Positions 41,101-51,091 of a stretch of 64,000 nt of DNA are shown in pieces. The notes beneath the pieces were generated by a model, which saw only the letters and a program-made list of their open reading frames with translations, had not been told where the DNA came from and did no database searches. How positions within the stretch are numbered: position 1 is the first letter of the stretch; every line of letters starts with the position of its first letter. The DNA comes from Phycisphaerales bacterium (GTDB lineage: Bacteria > Planctomycetota > Phycisphaerae > WQYP01), in assembly GCA_027451365.1 (NCBI GenBank), contig DAIDJN010000058.1, positions 32,001-96,000 on the forward strand. Direction: 5' to 3'. The position numbers and the translations under genes were made by a program.

Positions 41101-44100
41101 AGCTATCTGAATTTTGGCAGTGCCACATTTCAGGGTGTCACGCTGGGCAGCAACCTGCTGGTGAATGGGAATAATTCCACCCTGACGATTAACGGCACAC
41201 TCGCGGTGCCGCAGGGCCTGAATATTGGCGGCTACGCGGTTACCACATCCGGCTCCGCCACCAATATTGTCGTTAACGATGCGGACCAATATCTGTCTAG
41301 CGGGCTTGTTTATTCGGCCCAAATGCTCAATGGCACAATCAATCTGGCCGGGGCCGCCGATACGCTGACGTCCCAAAATAGCCTTACCCTGGCTGGCACA
41401 ATCAACGCGCTGGCCGCTGATAGTTATGACACTATCAGCAACGTTGCTGGCATCTTAACCAATTCCGGCAGCCTGAATGGCGGCTCGGCGACGGTCAGCG
41501 GGACGGCTTTGAATATCGCGGGTTCAGCTTTTGTCAACAGCGGCACCATTACCCAATTCGCGGGCGACACGCTTTCGCTGGGATCAACCGTTTGGTCGAA
41601 TACTGGCACGATCACTGGTACTGGTGTCGGCGGAGGCGGAATCAATTTTGGCGGTCAATTCACTGCAGCCGATATTGGCATTGCCGGCACGGCGGGCGAA
41701 GGAACGTTCAATCCGAACGGTGCCAAAGACGTATTGAATGGTACCATGAATATTCAAGGCGGCACTGCGACATTTGACAGCGCGCATGGCGTATTCATAT
41801 TTACCGGAACAATCGAAAACGGCACGCTGGTAACGCAGGTCATCGGAGGAAACCAGTTACTCCAAATTAACGGCGGGACTTTTCAGAATGTCACGCTGGG
41901 CAGTAATCTGGCGTTGGGTGGTCCGAATGATCCAAATGCCATCACGCTGACAATTGCCAACACCGCGTCTGACGCCGCCGGCCTTGTGCTTAATGGCAAC
42001 ACGGTGAACTTATTGGGAAATAGCGCGACACTGAATTACGTCGATGCCAGCAATGGATCGGATGTGGCACAGTCCATTGATTCCGGTGTCACCAATCTAA
42101 GTGGTAAAGACGCAGCAATCAATACCAATGGAACCCTCACGCTGGAACAGGGCGCGGTTATTAACAGCCTTGCGGGCAACCATGGCGAAAATATCATAAA
42201 TGGCAATTCTTTTGTGAATCAGGGGCTTATCAATGTTGGTTCGCCAACTGTTACCGGTAACACACTGGAGATTCTTGCCGCCGGTTTCACCAACGCCACC
42301 ACCGGCGTTATCACTGTTTACAACGGCAACGATCTGAACATTTCTTCCGCCAATTGGATCAATGATGGCCTGATTCAAACCAGCGGGGCCGCGGGGCTTA
42401 GTTCCGCCGGAGGCGCCAGTCTGACTTTCAACGGTTCGTGGACCAATAATGGCCAGATTAAAGTCACCGCATTTGATGTGGTGAACTTTGGTGGATCGCA
42501 GCAGACAGGTACGGGCACCATCAGTGTCGCCGGGTATACACCGGTTCAGCTAACGAACACGGGTTCGATTGCCATCGGTTCGGCCACGCAAAACGTGTCG
42601 GCGTTCATCAACGCGGCCAATTTCACCAACAGTTCCACCGGCAAGCTCGAGGTGTTCACCGGCAGTGAGTTGCAAATTGGAGACATTTACACCAACAGCA
42701 ATTCCACCAACAGCGGATTGATCGAAACCAGCGCTGCGGCGGGCGATACTTCGGCTTCCGGAGCCACGCTTACGTTTGCCGGCAACTGGAGCAATACCGG
42801 CACAATTGCCGCAACCTATGGCGATACGGTTAATCTGACCGGCACTTTCTCCATGGCCAGTATTGGGTTAAATGGCGGCGGCACGCAGGGTACGTTTACG
42901 CCCGGCGGGGCCAACATCAATCTATACGGGAATATCGATCAGCAGGGCGGTTCCACGTTGAATCTCGGGCAGACGGGGAATCCGGCGCATATCGGCACGC
43001 TGACGATTGAAAAACATGGTGTGTATACGCTGGAAAACGGAGCCACGCTGGCCAATGCGGTTTTAAGTATCGCATCGGGCGGCGGTTCGAGCAGTTATAC
43101 CGGCACAGTAAGCGTCGCTGGCTACGCCAATGCCACATTCCAGAATGTGACAATCGGTTCATTGCCAACAGGTTCCGGCATCGGTCTGTCCAACACCGGG
43201 TCCACGCTTACGGTGGCCAATACCGTGGCAAATCCGATCGGTCTAAATTTGGGCGGGACGAATGTCTCGCTGGGCGGCCAAAACGATGCTTTGGCCTTCC
43301 GCGATGCCAGCAATGGCGGCAGTGATGTAGCCCAAACGCTTGACGACATGACCACGATTACCGGCGCGGGCGACACCATTACCACCAATGGCTTACTGAC
43401 CCTGGCCGGGACGGTAAACGTCATTATTCCTGTTGGAAATAATAAATCCGGCGAAGCCTTTCTTTCCGGTGCCACAATTGTGAACAGCGGCAACATAAAT
43501 GTCGGCTTTGATGGCACCACCTCCAATACCACGGCAAATAATATCCTGGTGATTAACCCCGTCTCATTCACCAATAACTCAACGGGTGTGATTACCGTTT
43601 ACAACTCCAACGTGCTGGATATTGCCGCGACGAACTGGTCCAACGCGGGAACCATTCAAACCGCCGCCGCAATTGGTGATACCCCGGCCGCAGGCTCGGG
43701 CGCGGTTCTGGAATTTAACGGCTCCTGGACCAACACAGGCACTATCCGTTTAACTTCGTTTGATGAAGTGGTTTTTGGTTCAAACCCCGGCGTCGGTTCC
43801 ACGGGAACTATTGGCACGGCAGGGCAAATAGTTCAGGCGTCAAATGCCGGTAAAATTGATGTTGGATCGGCCGGCACCACGGGACTCTATACTCTCATCA
43901 GTACGAATACTTTCACCAACAGTTCAACCGGAAAAATTGAAGTATTCAATGGCAATACCCTGCTGCTGGGTGATCCCTATGGTTATCCGACCACCTGGTC
44001 CAACGCCGGAACCATTGCCAGCGCCACCGCGGCGGGTGACCAAACTGGCGGCGGTGCAACCATTTATTTCTACGGCAATTGGAGCAATAGCGGCAGCATT

Positions 44101-47100
44101 GCGGCCTCGGCCAACGACAGCGTGATCCTTGGTGGAAATTTCACCACAAAGGATATTGGCATGGCCGCGGGGGGCGGCTCATTTACGCCCGGCGGCGCAG
44201 TTGTCACGCTTTCCGGCACCATGAGCCTGCAGGGTGGCGCGGTCAGTTTCGGCGCGGCGCTCGGAGCCATCAATTTGACCGGCACGTTAGAAAACGGGAC
44301 GCTTTCCAGCGGAACGGATACAAATGGCAACGAATATCTTTCGGTCGGAGCTTATTCCTCAGGCACTTTCCAGAATATTACTCTGGGAACAAATTACGCG
44401 CTGGTCAATAACGGTTCAACTTTAAATGTAAACAATTCGCTCGCCAATGGTGTCGGCCTGGACCTGGGTGGAAAAACGCTTACCTTAAGCGGCCAGAATA
44501 CCACGTTGCGGATCAACAATACCCTGACCAATCCCAATACCCTGCAAAACGGCACACTCACCCTCTCGGGTGCCGGCGCACAGCTATACGCGCAAAGCCA
44601 GATGACTTTGGGGGCCACGCTGACACTCAATTCCACTTCCACCGGCGGCAATGGAAATTTCATCAACGGCTTTGGCGTGGTCAACGCGGGCAATATGAAT
44701 GTGGGATATGACTCCAACTCCGGAACCACCGTAACCGGAAACGCCCTGGCTATTTACGCTGGCTTTACCAACGTGGGTACCGTAACGGTTTATGGTGGCA
44801 ACAACCTGTTCATTGGCGAACCAGCCAACCTCAACGGCGCTGGCAATTACGCCAGCACCTGGAGCAATTCGGCAACGATTCAATCCAATGACAGCTTCGG
44901 CGGCACATCTGGAATTACCCTGCAGGGCAATTGGTCCAACACCGGCACCATCGTCGCCAATCCTGGGGATCTGGTTACGCTGGCGGGCATTTTCCATCCA
45001 GCGGATGTCGCCATGGCCAACGATGGCAGCGCGAATGCAACTTTCAATATGAACGGCACAACGACAACCGCCGGCGCGGTGGTGAACATTACCGGTACGC
45101 TGGTGAATTCAGATGCCGGGGCGTCCAGCAGCTCCAATACACTTTATTTCGGTGCCGTCGGCAGCAGCAAATCGTCCACCGGGTCCGGCAACTACACAAG
45201 CAACGGTTCCTGGAACCTGGGTGCCTCCAATGGCAGTGGTGGATATCTGGCCGGAACCATTCAGGGCGGCACAATTTACCCGCAGGATTCCACCGGCGCT
45301 CAATATCTGAATATTATCAACGGAGTATTTCAGAATGTGACGCTTCAAAGCAATCTTAATCTGAATAATGCCAACAGTTCGCTGACCATTTCCAATGCGG
45401 GTTATGTTTCCGGTTCACCCAACAGCAGTACCGGCACGTATGATGGTTTGGTTTTCGCCGGAACGGGGAATTACAGCATTAATATTTCCGGACAGAACGC
45501 CTCTCTGATTTATAGCGACGCTACCTATTCCGGCGGCGGTTCGGTGCCGCAAACCATCGCCAGCGGCAAAATAAACGTCACCGGAACTACCGATACAATT
45601 TCCATTCACAACGGACCGGTGACATTGGCCGCCAATGCCAGCATCAATGTCTATGGCACCGGCACGTATGTGCCGTCCACCAGCGGAAGTGGCTACGACG
45701 GCTCCGGCAACTATAGCGGCTACTATATTCCGCCATCCGCAACCATTAACGGCAGTGGTAGCTTTTCCAATCTTGGAAATATCAATGTCGGTTCCGATGG
45801 TTCCGGCCATAATTATTCCGGCATCAAACTGACCATTGACCCGGCCAATTTCACCAACTTGGGCACCATTACCGTGTTCGGCGGCAGCGGCAACTACGGT
45901 GCCAATACTCTGCAAATCGGCAATGGCAACGATTCCACCACCTGGACCAACAAGGGCACAATTCAAACCAACGATGCGGATCACGGCGGAGCGTTCATCA
46001 CGCTTACCGATAACTGGTCCAACACCGGCTCGATTGTTCTTTCCGGTAGCGACAGAATTGAACTGGGCGGATTCTTCCACCCATCGGATGTAGCCATGGC
46101 CAACAATGGAAGCACCAATGCGACGTTCATCGCCAATGGAGCTGCGGTTAATATCACCGGCACGCTGATCAATTCGGATGGCAACGGCCCGAACACTTTG
46201 AATTTCAATGGGCCGGGAACCAGTGTTTCCGGAACCAGCACCAGCAATGGCACCTGGAATCTGTCTGGTGGAACCATTATTGGCGGCGTTATAAACATCA
46301 ATGCTGAATCAAACGGCAATCCCTATCTGACCATCGGAAGCGGCATGCTGGAAAATGCAACGGTCAACGGAAACCTTAAAGTCGGCGGAATGCTTACTTT
46401 GGCCAACGTCGCTTTAAATGGCAACATCGATCTGTTCGCCGCCGACAGTGGAATATCTATTTTCAACAGCATCGCCAATCCGCAGGGGCTGGTCTCCGCC
46501 AGTCCGTTCACTATTTCCACGGTTTATGGCGGGACCATCAATTTTAATGATGTGACGGACGCCAACGGTAATCCCATTGGCCAGACTCTGGCCAATGCGA
46601 CGATCAATCTGGCCGGACAGACATATTACAGTGCTTTTATTCGTGGCGGAAATGGCACGCTGACGATTGCCAGTTCCACCGTCATTAACGGAGAAGTTGC
46701 CGGGCAGGGCTATTATGGGAATATTACCTATGGCAATGTGGATATGCTTGGCAGCAGCATTGTGAACTATGGTGCCATCAATGCTGGTGTGGGCGTGAGT
46801 TATCAGGGGCTTACGGTCGGATCTTCAATATTTGTCAACCATGGCATTATGACTGTTGAGGGTGGCAACAATCAGTTGGCATTCACAGCCTACGGCCTTC
46901 CTATCAGCTTGATCAATGCCGCGGATGGAACCATTACCGCCAGCGGGTACGGATCAGATATTTTTATCGACGCGAACTGGAGCAACCTGGGCAAAATTGC
47001 ACTTGGTTCCGGCGATACCATTGAACTTGGCGGTACATTCCACCCGGCGGATGTCGGCCTGGCCACGGATCTTCCTTCCGGTACACCGCAGGGTACATTC

Positions 47101-50100
47101 ACGCCCGGCAATGGTACGGTCAATCTTACCGGCACTCTGGTGAACGCAGATGTCGGCGGTAACGGGCCGAATACCTTGGATCTCGTGACTGGCGGAACGC
47201 CCTGGTATTTTGATGGCGGCACCATCAAGGGGGGCATACTGATTGGCGAGGATGCCAGTGGCAATTCCTATCTTTCCCTCAAGCAATCCGGTCAGGGCAC
47301 CCTGCAGAATGTGACGCTGGGAAGCAACCTTAGCTTAGGTGGCAACTCCAGTACCTTGTATATAGCCAATTCGACCGGCGCGGGAAACCAGAATGGCATC
47401 ACCGGAACCGGTCAACAGGTTGTCATTAACGGCAGTTACGAATCCATCAGCTTTTCCGATGCCACAGATGGCGGCGGTAATGCCATTGGTCAGACACTGG
47501 CGGATCTGACCATAGACCTGGCGGGTCAGAATGCCGGTCTTTCTACCGGCACCAGCCTGACGGTCGCTTCCAATGCCACCATCGAAGGTACCGGCTACAA
47601 CTATTCCAACTACTATCAGAACACTATTTCCGGCGGCAGTCTGGCGAACCTGGGCAACATCAATGCCGGTTCGGCCTCTGCCACCGGCTATCTGATTGTT
47701 GAACCCAAAACGTTCACCAATCAGGTGGGCGGAACGATGATTGCATTTAATGGCTCAACCCTGCAAATCGGCAGCGGCGCTTTCGGCACAACCTGGTCCA
47801 ATGCCGGAACCATCACCACGGCCGTGACTGCGGGGTTGCAAACCGCGCCGGGTACAGCTGTTATCACACTTGATGACAACTGGTCGAACACAGGAACAAT
47901 TTCCGCCAGTGCCGGTGACACCATTAACTTTGGTGGAAAATTCCATCCCGCAGATGTCGGTCTTGCGACCGATCTTGGCACCGGGGCCACACAGGGAACG
48001 CTTTCGCCCAGTCAGGCCACGCTGAATCTCACCGGAACGCTGATTAATTCTGATACCGGTCCGACCGGTTCCAATACACTGAATTTCCCGGTTGGGGGAA
48101 ATATCTGGAATATGACCGGTGGCACTGTTCTGGGCGGATCGGTCATCGCGCAGGACAATTCGGGCAACCAATTCCTGAATATAGCGACCGGATCATTCCA
48201 GAATGTGTCGCTGCAAAGTAATCTGGCTCTGACTCCCAATTATTCCAGACTGACTATTCTTAACAGCGCTGGGACGGGTCTGCAAAATGGACTCGTTACC
48301 AGTGGCCAAACCATTACTCTTTCCGGCTATTTGTCTGAATTGGCATTTACCGACGCAACTGATTCACTGGGCAATCCGATTGGCCAGACGCTGGGCAATG
48401 TCACGATTGATTTTACCAATAGCACCACCAGCACCCTGGCCGTTGGCGGAAGTTTGACACTTTCGGGCAACACCGTGGTTAACGCCCTGGCCGGAACCGG
48501 CAACGCCAATGGTGGCGTGATTAACGGCACCACGTTGATCAATGATGGCAGCATGAATGCCGGTTCGGCTGGCGCTGCTGGTTCGTTGGAAATTGTTACA
48601 ACCAACTTCACCAATTCCCAGACCGGTACGCTTACAGCCTACCCCAATTCTGTCCTTCAAATTGAGCCGACTGCATGGTCCAACGCCGGTGTCATTACCG
48701 GTTCAACCGGATCCACCATTGACCTCGGCGGCACATTCCATCCCGCTGATATCGGCCTGGCGACCGACCTTGCCGGCGGAGCCGGCCAGGGAACCTTCAA
48801 TACCAATGGCGCGCAGGTGAATATTCTGGGTACGCTGGTCAATGCGGATGCAGGCGGTACCGGCGTCAATGATCTTGTATTCAATGCGGCCAGCGGTGTT
48901 TATAACTTGGACGGCGGCACCGTTCAGGGTGGTGCCATCAGTATGGCTACGCAGACTTCCGGCCCGGGCGCGGGCGATGGATACCTGGTCTTCAGCGGCG
49001 GTACTCTGCAGAATGTCACTTTGAACAGTGATCTGATCCTGAACAATGCCGGCCAGCCCGCAATTCAGAATATCAGTTCACTGAACATCAACAACACGCT
49101 GGCCAACCAGGTTGGTTTAAACACCAATGGTCACAATATCATTCTTTCCGGCACCAGTGCAGCGCTGACCTTTAATGATGTGGTGAATACCGGCACCTTC
49201 GCAATTGCAGCGCAGACTCTGGCCAATACCACGATCACCCTGTCTGGAGCCAATGCTACCATTACCGGGACACAGGAGCTGAATTTTGCGTCCACGGCAA
49301 TCGTTAATGCCGTGGCCGCGAATAGCGGTAATATTATCAACGGCGCCATTGTCGATACCGGCGCCCGGGTGAATGTCGGCTCGGCAACGCCTACCGCAAC
49401 CACTCTTTATCTGGATCCAACAACGCTGACCAACAGCGGTGTGATTACTGTGTTTAATGGCGACCAACTGGTGTTTGGCCTGTCCAACGGCACATCTGCC
49501 AATAAGACGGGCGGAATCATTCAAACCCAGACCGCCGTAGCCGGTTCCGGTGCAGGTTCGGCGATTCTCACATTCGTTGGTCCGCTGACCAACTCCGGTA
49601 CCATCACCGCGGCCACCGGAGATACCATCAATCTTGAAGGTTCATTTACCGCTGCGGATGTGGGGCTTGCCACCGCAGGCCCGCAGGGAACCTTTACGCC
49701 AAATGGTGCTACAGTGAATTTCACCGGGACGTTGGATAACACTGGCAATGCTCTTCTATTTGGTCCAACGACAGGCGCGTGGAATATGTCTGGCAATGCC
49801 ACGATTATGGGCGGTAGCCTCTCGGCCAATATGCAAAGCTCCGGCCCTGATGCGGGACAACCATTCCTTGTTATTACCGACGGTACTTTTCAGAACGTCA
49901 CAATCAACAGTGATCTGACTGTTTCCGGCAACCTTAGTTTCGCCAGCACTTCCGCCAACACCACCGGCGTGGTGGATAGCGGCCATACCATTAATATTGT
50001 GGCCGCCGGCGGCACGCTGACCTATGTTGAACCGCGTGATCCGTTTTCTGGCCTGGCACCGGCGCAAACCCTGAATTCCACCGTTAATTTGCTGGGTGCT

Positions 50101-50802
50101 GGATCTACCATAAGTGGTTCGGCTGGCACGGCCCTGACATTGGGAACGTCTGCTGTCATCAACGGTCTGGCTGCAAATTCCTCCAATACCTTTACCATGA
50201 CGGCGCTGACCAATAACGGCCAGATTAACGCCGGATCCGCAGCGGTTACGAACAACACCCTTACTGTGAATGTGGTGCAATTTGCCAACAACGGTTCCAT
50301 TACGGCCAATACCGGTTCTGCGGTTAACCTGGTGTTTGACCCGGCCGCATCGTGGACCAACATGGGCACACTTTCTGCGGATGTCGGCGGTACAATTAAT
50401 GTAAAGAACAACGATGGTTCACCCCTGAATCTGATTCTTGGTACCGGCAGTACCATTGATATACAGATTGGTTCAGGAGGTCAGAGTGGATTGATTGACG
50501 TGCTGAATGGTTCGCTCACCATTGATCCGAATGTCACGCTGAATTTAAGTCTGGCACCCGGTGCTGTCGTAAATGGGCCATACACTTTGTTTAATTTCAC
50601 AGGTTTGCTTGGCGATCATTTCGCTACGGTGAATTCCAGTTTTGGAACGGTGTCCTACAACGCCGATTCGATCACTATAAACGGAGCCAGCACGCCGGAA
50701 CCCGCGGCGCTGGCGCTGTTTGCCGGTGGCAGTGCCCTTTTGCTGATCGGTCGGGGCAAACGCCGCAATGCAAAACGCAACCACGTTCGCGTTGCATGTT
50801 AA
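38122..50802 (+). CDS. Giant (about 4225 aa) secreted beta-strand repeat protein with PEP-CTERM tail
   Basis: GAGG RBS, signal peptide ending AQA, W....GNW....NWS, about 12 degenerate WSNxGxI...GDTINLGGxFxxADxG modules, tail TPEPAALALFAGGSALLLIGRGKRR. Confidence 0.9.
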   Translation: MKSKMVNRLMAAATAAMFGTFLGHTAQANSPTVNNVDWILAGSGNWNAAGTNWSGGIIPNNTSTNVYDVSLDLADGGIYNVTIPSNASYNVDGLTLSNANAALTIAANGILDISQPDNNGASGTLSVQQGDFTLNGTLANSVLSVGVGGTFSSNSGTFENVVLGSNLSVGSYQALNVTDSLNNSYGLNAAGELITLNVGAGLVFTDTFDPKFNRFVPNILNGTMDMTGYNNYLTAQNGPTELAGTVNVLAANGTEYMNGNGLLWNNGYINVGSNGTIADAVSGSTLYINASAFNNTGNITVFNSSTLNATAFTNSGTVATAASAGIQTGTGSAIMDFKGDWSNTGTIEAAAGDTINLGGAFNPQDIGLSTMAGVTNGAFSPDGATVNISGTINNTGNNLNFAAVIGPWNLNGAVITDGTLTVQNGAGAQDIKILNASVQNTKLGSNLIIQNNGYSGGLTVNNTVANPLGLDFNGYNITLAGSYASLTFNATYDRVFAAYVPESVNGIINLAAYQSQLNGNQIAIFNSAINSYSTSGTNYIGGGTITNAGVVRVGSDGTLGNTVTGDTLTINSNNFTNAASGTIAVYNGDILNFNSYGGTTNAGLITTAGAATLQSGTASATINFSDGWSNTGTIRATAGDTINLGGTFNAADIGIAGATGQGAFTPNGATVNLSGTMNIQGGVATFDAAHGLINLGGGTFENGTVVAQNNTGTQYLAISSGTFQNITLGSNLSVAGSLYLTGTTENTNELNFNGYAVTLTGSGSVLNPYDVSVNGVYVPEVLSGTINLAGNNSSVNAYQGPLTLAGTLNALAPGNFNFIGGYSGPVTNTGLIYVGSAAIGGNAISGAALTVRPTFINAGTMTAFNSDFLNLNSNTWSNSGVIQTGVAAGLQAGPGSATLNIGGAGGNWSNSGRIVAAAGDTINLGGTFNAADIGIAGTAGEGTFAPNGATVNLTGTMNIQGGTATFDAAHGQMTLSSATIENGTLVSQDSRGNSYLNFGSATFQGVTLGSNLLVNGNNSTLTINGTLAVPQGLNIGGYAVTTSGSATNIVVNDADQYLSSGLVYSAQMLNGTINLAGAADTLTSQNSLTLAGTINALAADSYDTISNVAGILTNSGSLNGGSATVSGTALNIAGSAFVNSGTITQFAGDTLSLGSTVWSNTGTITGTGVGGGGINFGGQFTAADIGIAGTAGEGTFNPNGAKDVLNGTMNIQGGTATFDSAHGVFIFTGTIENGTLVTQVIGGNQLLQINGGTFQNVTLGSNLALGGPNDPNAITLTIANTASDAAGLVLNGNTVNLLGNSATLNYVDASNGSDVAQSIDSGVTNLSGKDAAINTNGTLTLEQGAVINSLAGNHGENIINGNSFVNQGLINVGSPTVTGNTLEILAAGFTNATTGVITVYNGNDLNISSANWINDGLIQTSGAAGLSSAGGASLTFNGSWTNNGQIKVTAFDVVNFGGSQQTGTGTISVAGYTPVQLTNTGSIAIGSATQNVSAFINAANFTNSSTGKLEVFTGSELQIGDIYTNSNSTNSGLIETSAAAGDTSASGATLTFAGNWSNTGTIAATYGDTVNLTGTFSMASIGLNGGGTQGTFTPGGANINLYGNIDQQGGSTLNLGQTGNPAHIGTLTIEKHGVYTLENGATLANAVLSIASGGGSSSYTGTVSVAGYANATFQNVTIGSLPTGSGIGLSNTGSTLTVANTVANPIGLNLGGTNVSLGGQNDALAFRDASNGGSDVAQTLDDMTTITGAGDTITTNGLLTLAGTVNVIIPVGNNKSGEAFLSGATIVNSGNINVGFDGTTSNTTANNILVINPVSFTNNSTGVITVYNSNVLDIAATNWSNAGTIQTAAAIGDTPAAGSGAVLEFNGSWTNTGTIRLTSFDEVVFGSNPGVGSTGTIGTAGQIVQASNAGKIDVGSAGTTGLYTLISTNTFTNSSTGKIEVFNGNTLLLGDPYGYPTTWSNAGTIASATAAGDQTGGGATIYFYGNWSNSGSIAASANDSVILGGNFTTKDIGMAAGGGSFTPGGAVVTLSGTMSLQGGAVSFGAALGAINLTGTLENGTLSSGTDTNGNEYLSVGAYSSGTFQNITLGTNYALVNNGSTLNVNNSLANGVGLDLGGKTLTLSGQNTTLRINNTLTNPNTLQNGTLTLSGAGAQLYAQSQMTLGATLTLNSTSTGGNGNFINGFGVVNAGNMNVGYDSNSGTTVTGNALAIYAGFTNVGTVTVYGGNNLFIGEPANLNGAGNYASTWSNSATIQSNDSFGGTSGITLQGNWSNTGTIVANPGDLVTLAGIFHPADVAMANDGSANATFNMNGTTTTAGAVVNITGTLVNSDAGASSSSNTLYFGAVGSSKSSTGSGNYTSNGSWNLGASNGSGGYLAGTIQGGTIYPQDSTGAQYLNIINGVFQNVTLQSNLNLNNANSSLTISNAGYVSGSPNSSTGTYDGLVFAGTGNYSINISGQNASLIYSDATYSGGGSVPQTIASGKINVTGTTDTISIHNGPVTLAANASINVYGTGTYVPSTSGSGYDGSGNYSGYYIPPSATINGSGSFSNLGNINVGSDGSGHNYSGIKLTIDPANFTNLGTITVFGGSGNYGANTLQIGNGNDSTTWTNKGTIQTNDADHGGAFITLTDNWSNTGSIVLSGSDRIELGGFFHPSDVAMANNGSTNATFIANGAAVNITGTLINSDGNGPNTLNFNGPGTSVSGTSTSNGTWNLSGGTIIGGVININAESNGNPYLTIGSGMLENATVNGNLKVGGMLTLANVALNGNIDLFAADSGISIFNSIANPQGLVSASPFTISTVYGGTINFNDVTDANGNPIGQTLANATINLAGQTYYSAFIRGGNGTLTIASSTVINGEVAGQGYYGNITYGNVDMLGSSIVNYGAINAGVGVSYQGLTVGSSIFVNHGIMTVEGGNNQLAFTAYGLPISLINAADGTITASGYGSDIFIDANWSNLGKIALGSGDTIELGGTFHPADVGLATDLPSGTPQGTFTPGNGTVNLTGTLVNADVGGNGPNTLDLVTGGTPWYFDGGTIKGGILIGEDASGNSYLSLKQSGQGTLQNVTLGSNLSLGGNSSTLYIANSTGAGNQNGITGTGQQVVINGSYESISFSDATDGGGNAIGQTLADLTIDLAGQNAGLSTGTSLTVASNATIEGTGYNYSNYYQNTISGGSLANLGNINAGSASATGYLIVEPKTFTNQVGGTMIAFNGSTLQIGSGAFGTTWSNAGTITTAVTAGLQTAPGTAVITLDDNWSNTGTISASAGDTINFGGKFHPADVGLATDLGTGATQGTLSPSQATLNLTGTLINSDTGPTGSNTLNFPVGGNIWNMTGGTVLGGSVIAQDNSGNQFLNIATGSFQNVSLQSNLALTPNYSRLTILNSAGTGLQNGLVTSGQTITLSGYLSELAFTDATDSLGNPIGQTLGNVTIDFTNSTTSTLAVGGSLTLSGNTVVNALAGTGNANGGVINGTTLINDGSMNAGSAGAAGSLEIVTTNFTNSQTGTLTAYPNSVLQIEPTAWSNAGVITGSTGSTIDLGGTFHPADIGLATDLAGGAGQGTFNTNGAQVNILGTLVNADAGGTGVNDLVFNAASGVYNLDGGTVQGGAISMATQTSGPGAGDGYLVFSGGTLQNVTLNSDLILNNAGQPAIQNISSLNINNTLANQVGLNTNGHNIILSGTSAALTFNDVVNTGTFAIAAQTLANTTITLSGANATITGTQELNFASTAIVNAVAANSGNIINGAIVDTGARVNVGSATPTATTLYLDPTTLTNSGVITVFNGDQLVFGLSNGTSANKTGGIIQTQTAVAGSGAGSAILTFVGPLTNSGTITAATGDTINLEGSFTAADVGLATAGPQGTFTPNGATVNFTGTLDNTGNALLFGPTTGAWNMSGNATIMGGSLSANMQSSGPDAGQPFLVITDGTFQNVTINSDLTVSGNLSFASTSANTTGVVDSGHTINIVAAGGTLTYVEPRDPFSGLAPAQTLNSTVNLLGAGSTISGSAGTALTLGTSAVINGLAANSSNTFTMTALTNNGQINAGSAAVTNNTLTVNVVQFANNGSITANTGSAVNLVFDPAASWTNMGTLSADVGGTINVKNNDGSPLNLILGTGSTIDIQIGSGGQSGLIDVLNGSLTIDPNVTLNLSLAPGAVVNGPYTLFNFTGLLGDHFATVNSSFGTVSYNADSITINGASTPEPAALALFAGGSALLLIGRGKRRNAKRNHVRVAC

Positions 50803-51091
50803 ATGAAATTTGGGTTCGGCGGTGAATCAGCCAGAAGGGCCTGACCGCAGGCGGTCGTCCGGCCCGGTGGATAATCAATGGCACGGGCGTTCATTCTGCC
50901 AGCCTTCTGATATGCCGTTGCCAATAGCCACCATCTGAATCCGGATCGCAATTTTTTTTACCTGCCTCCACTGTCAATTCACTTCATTCGGCCCTACCAT
51001 ATAGACGAATCGCCCGGCTGAAATCCGCCTGGCATGAAAGGTATGGATATGCCGAGAAAGGGAATCGGCTGACTGGTTTCAGGGTGAACAG

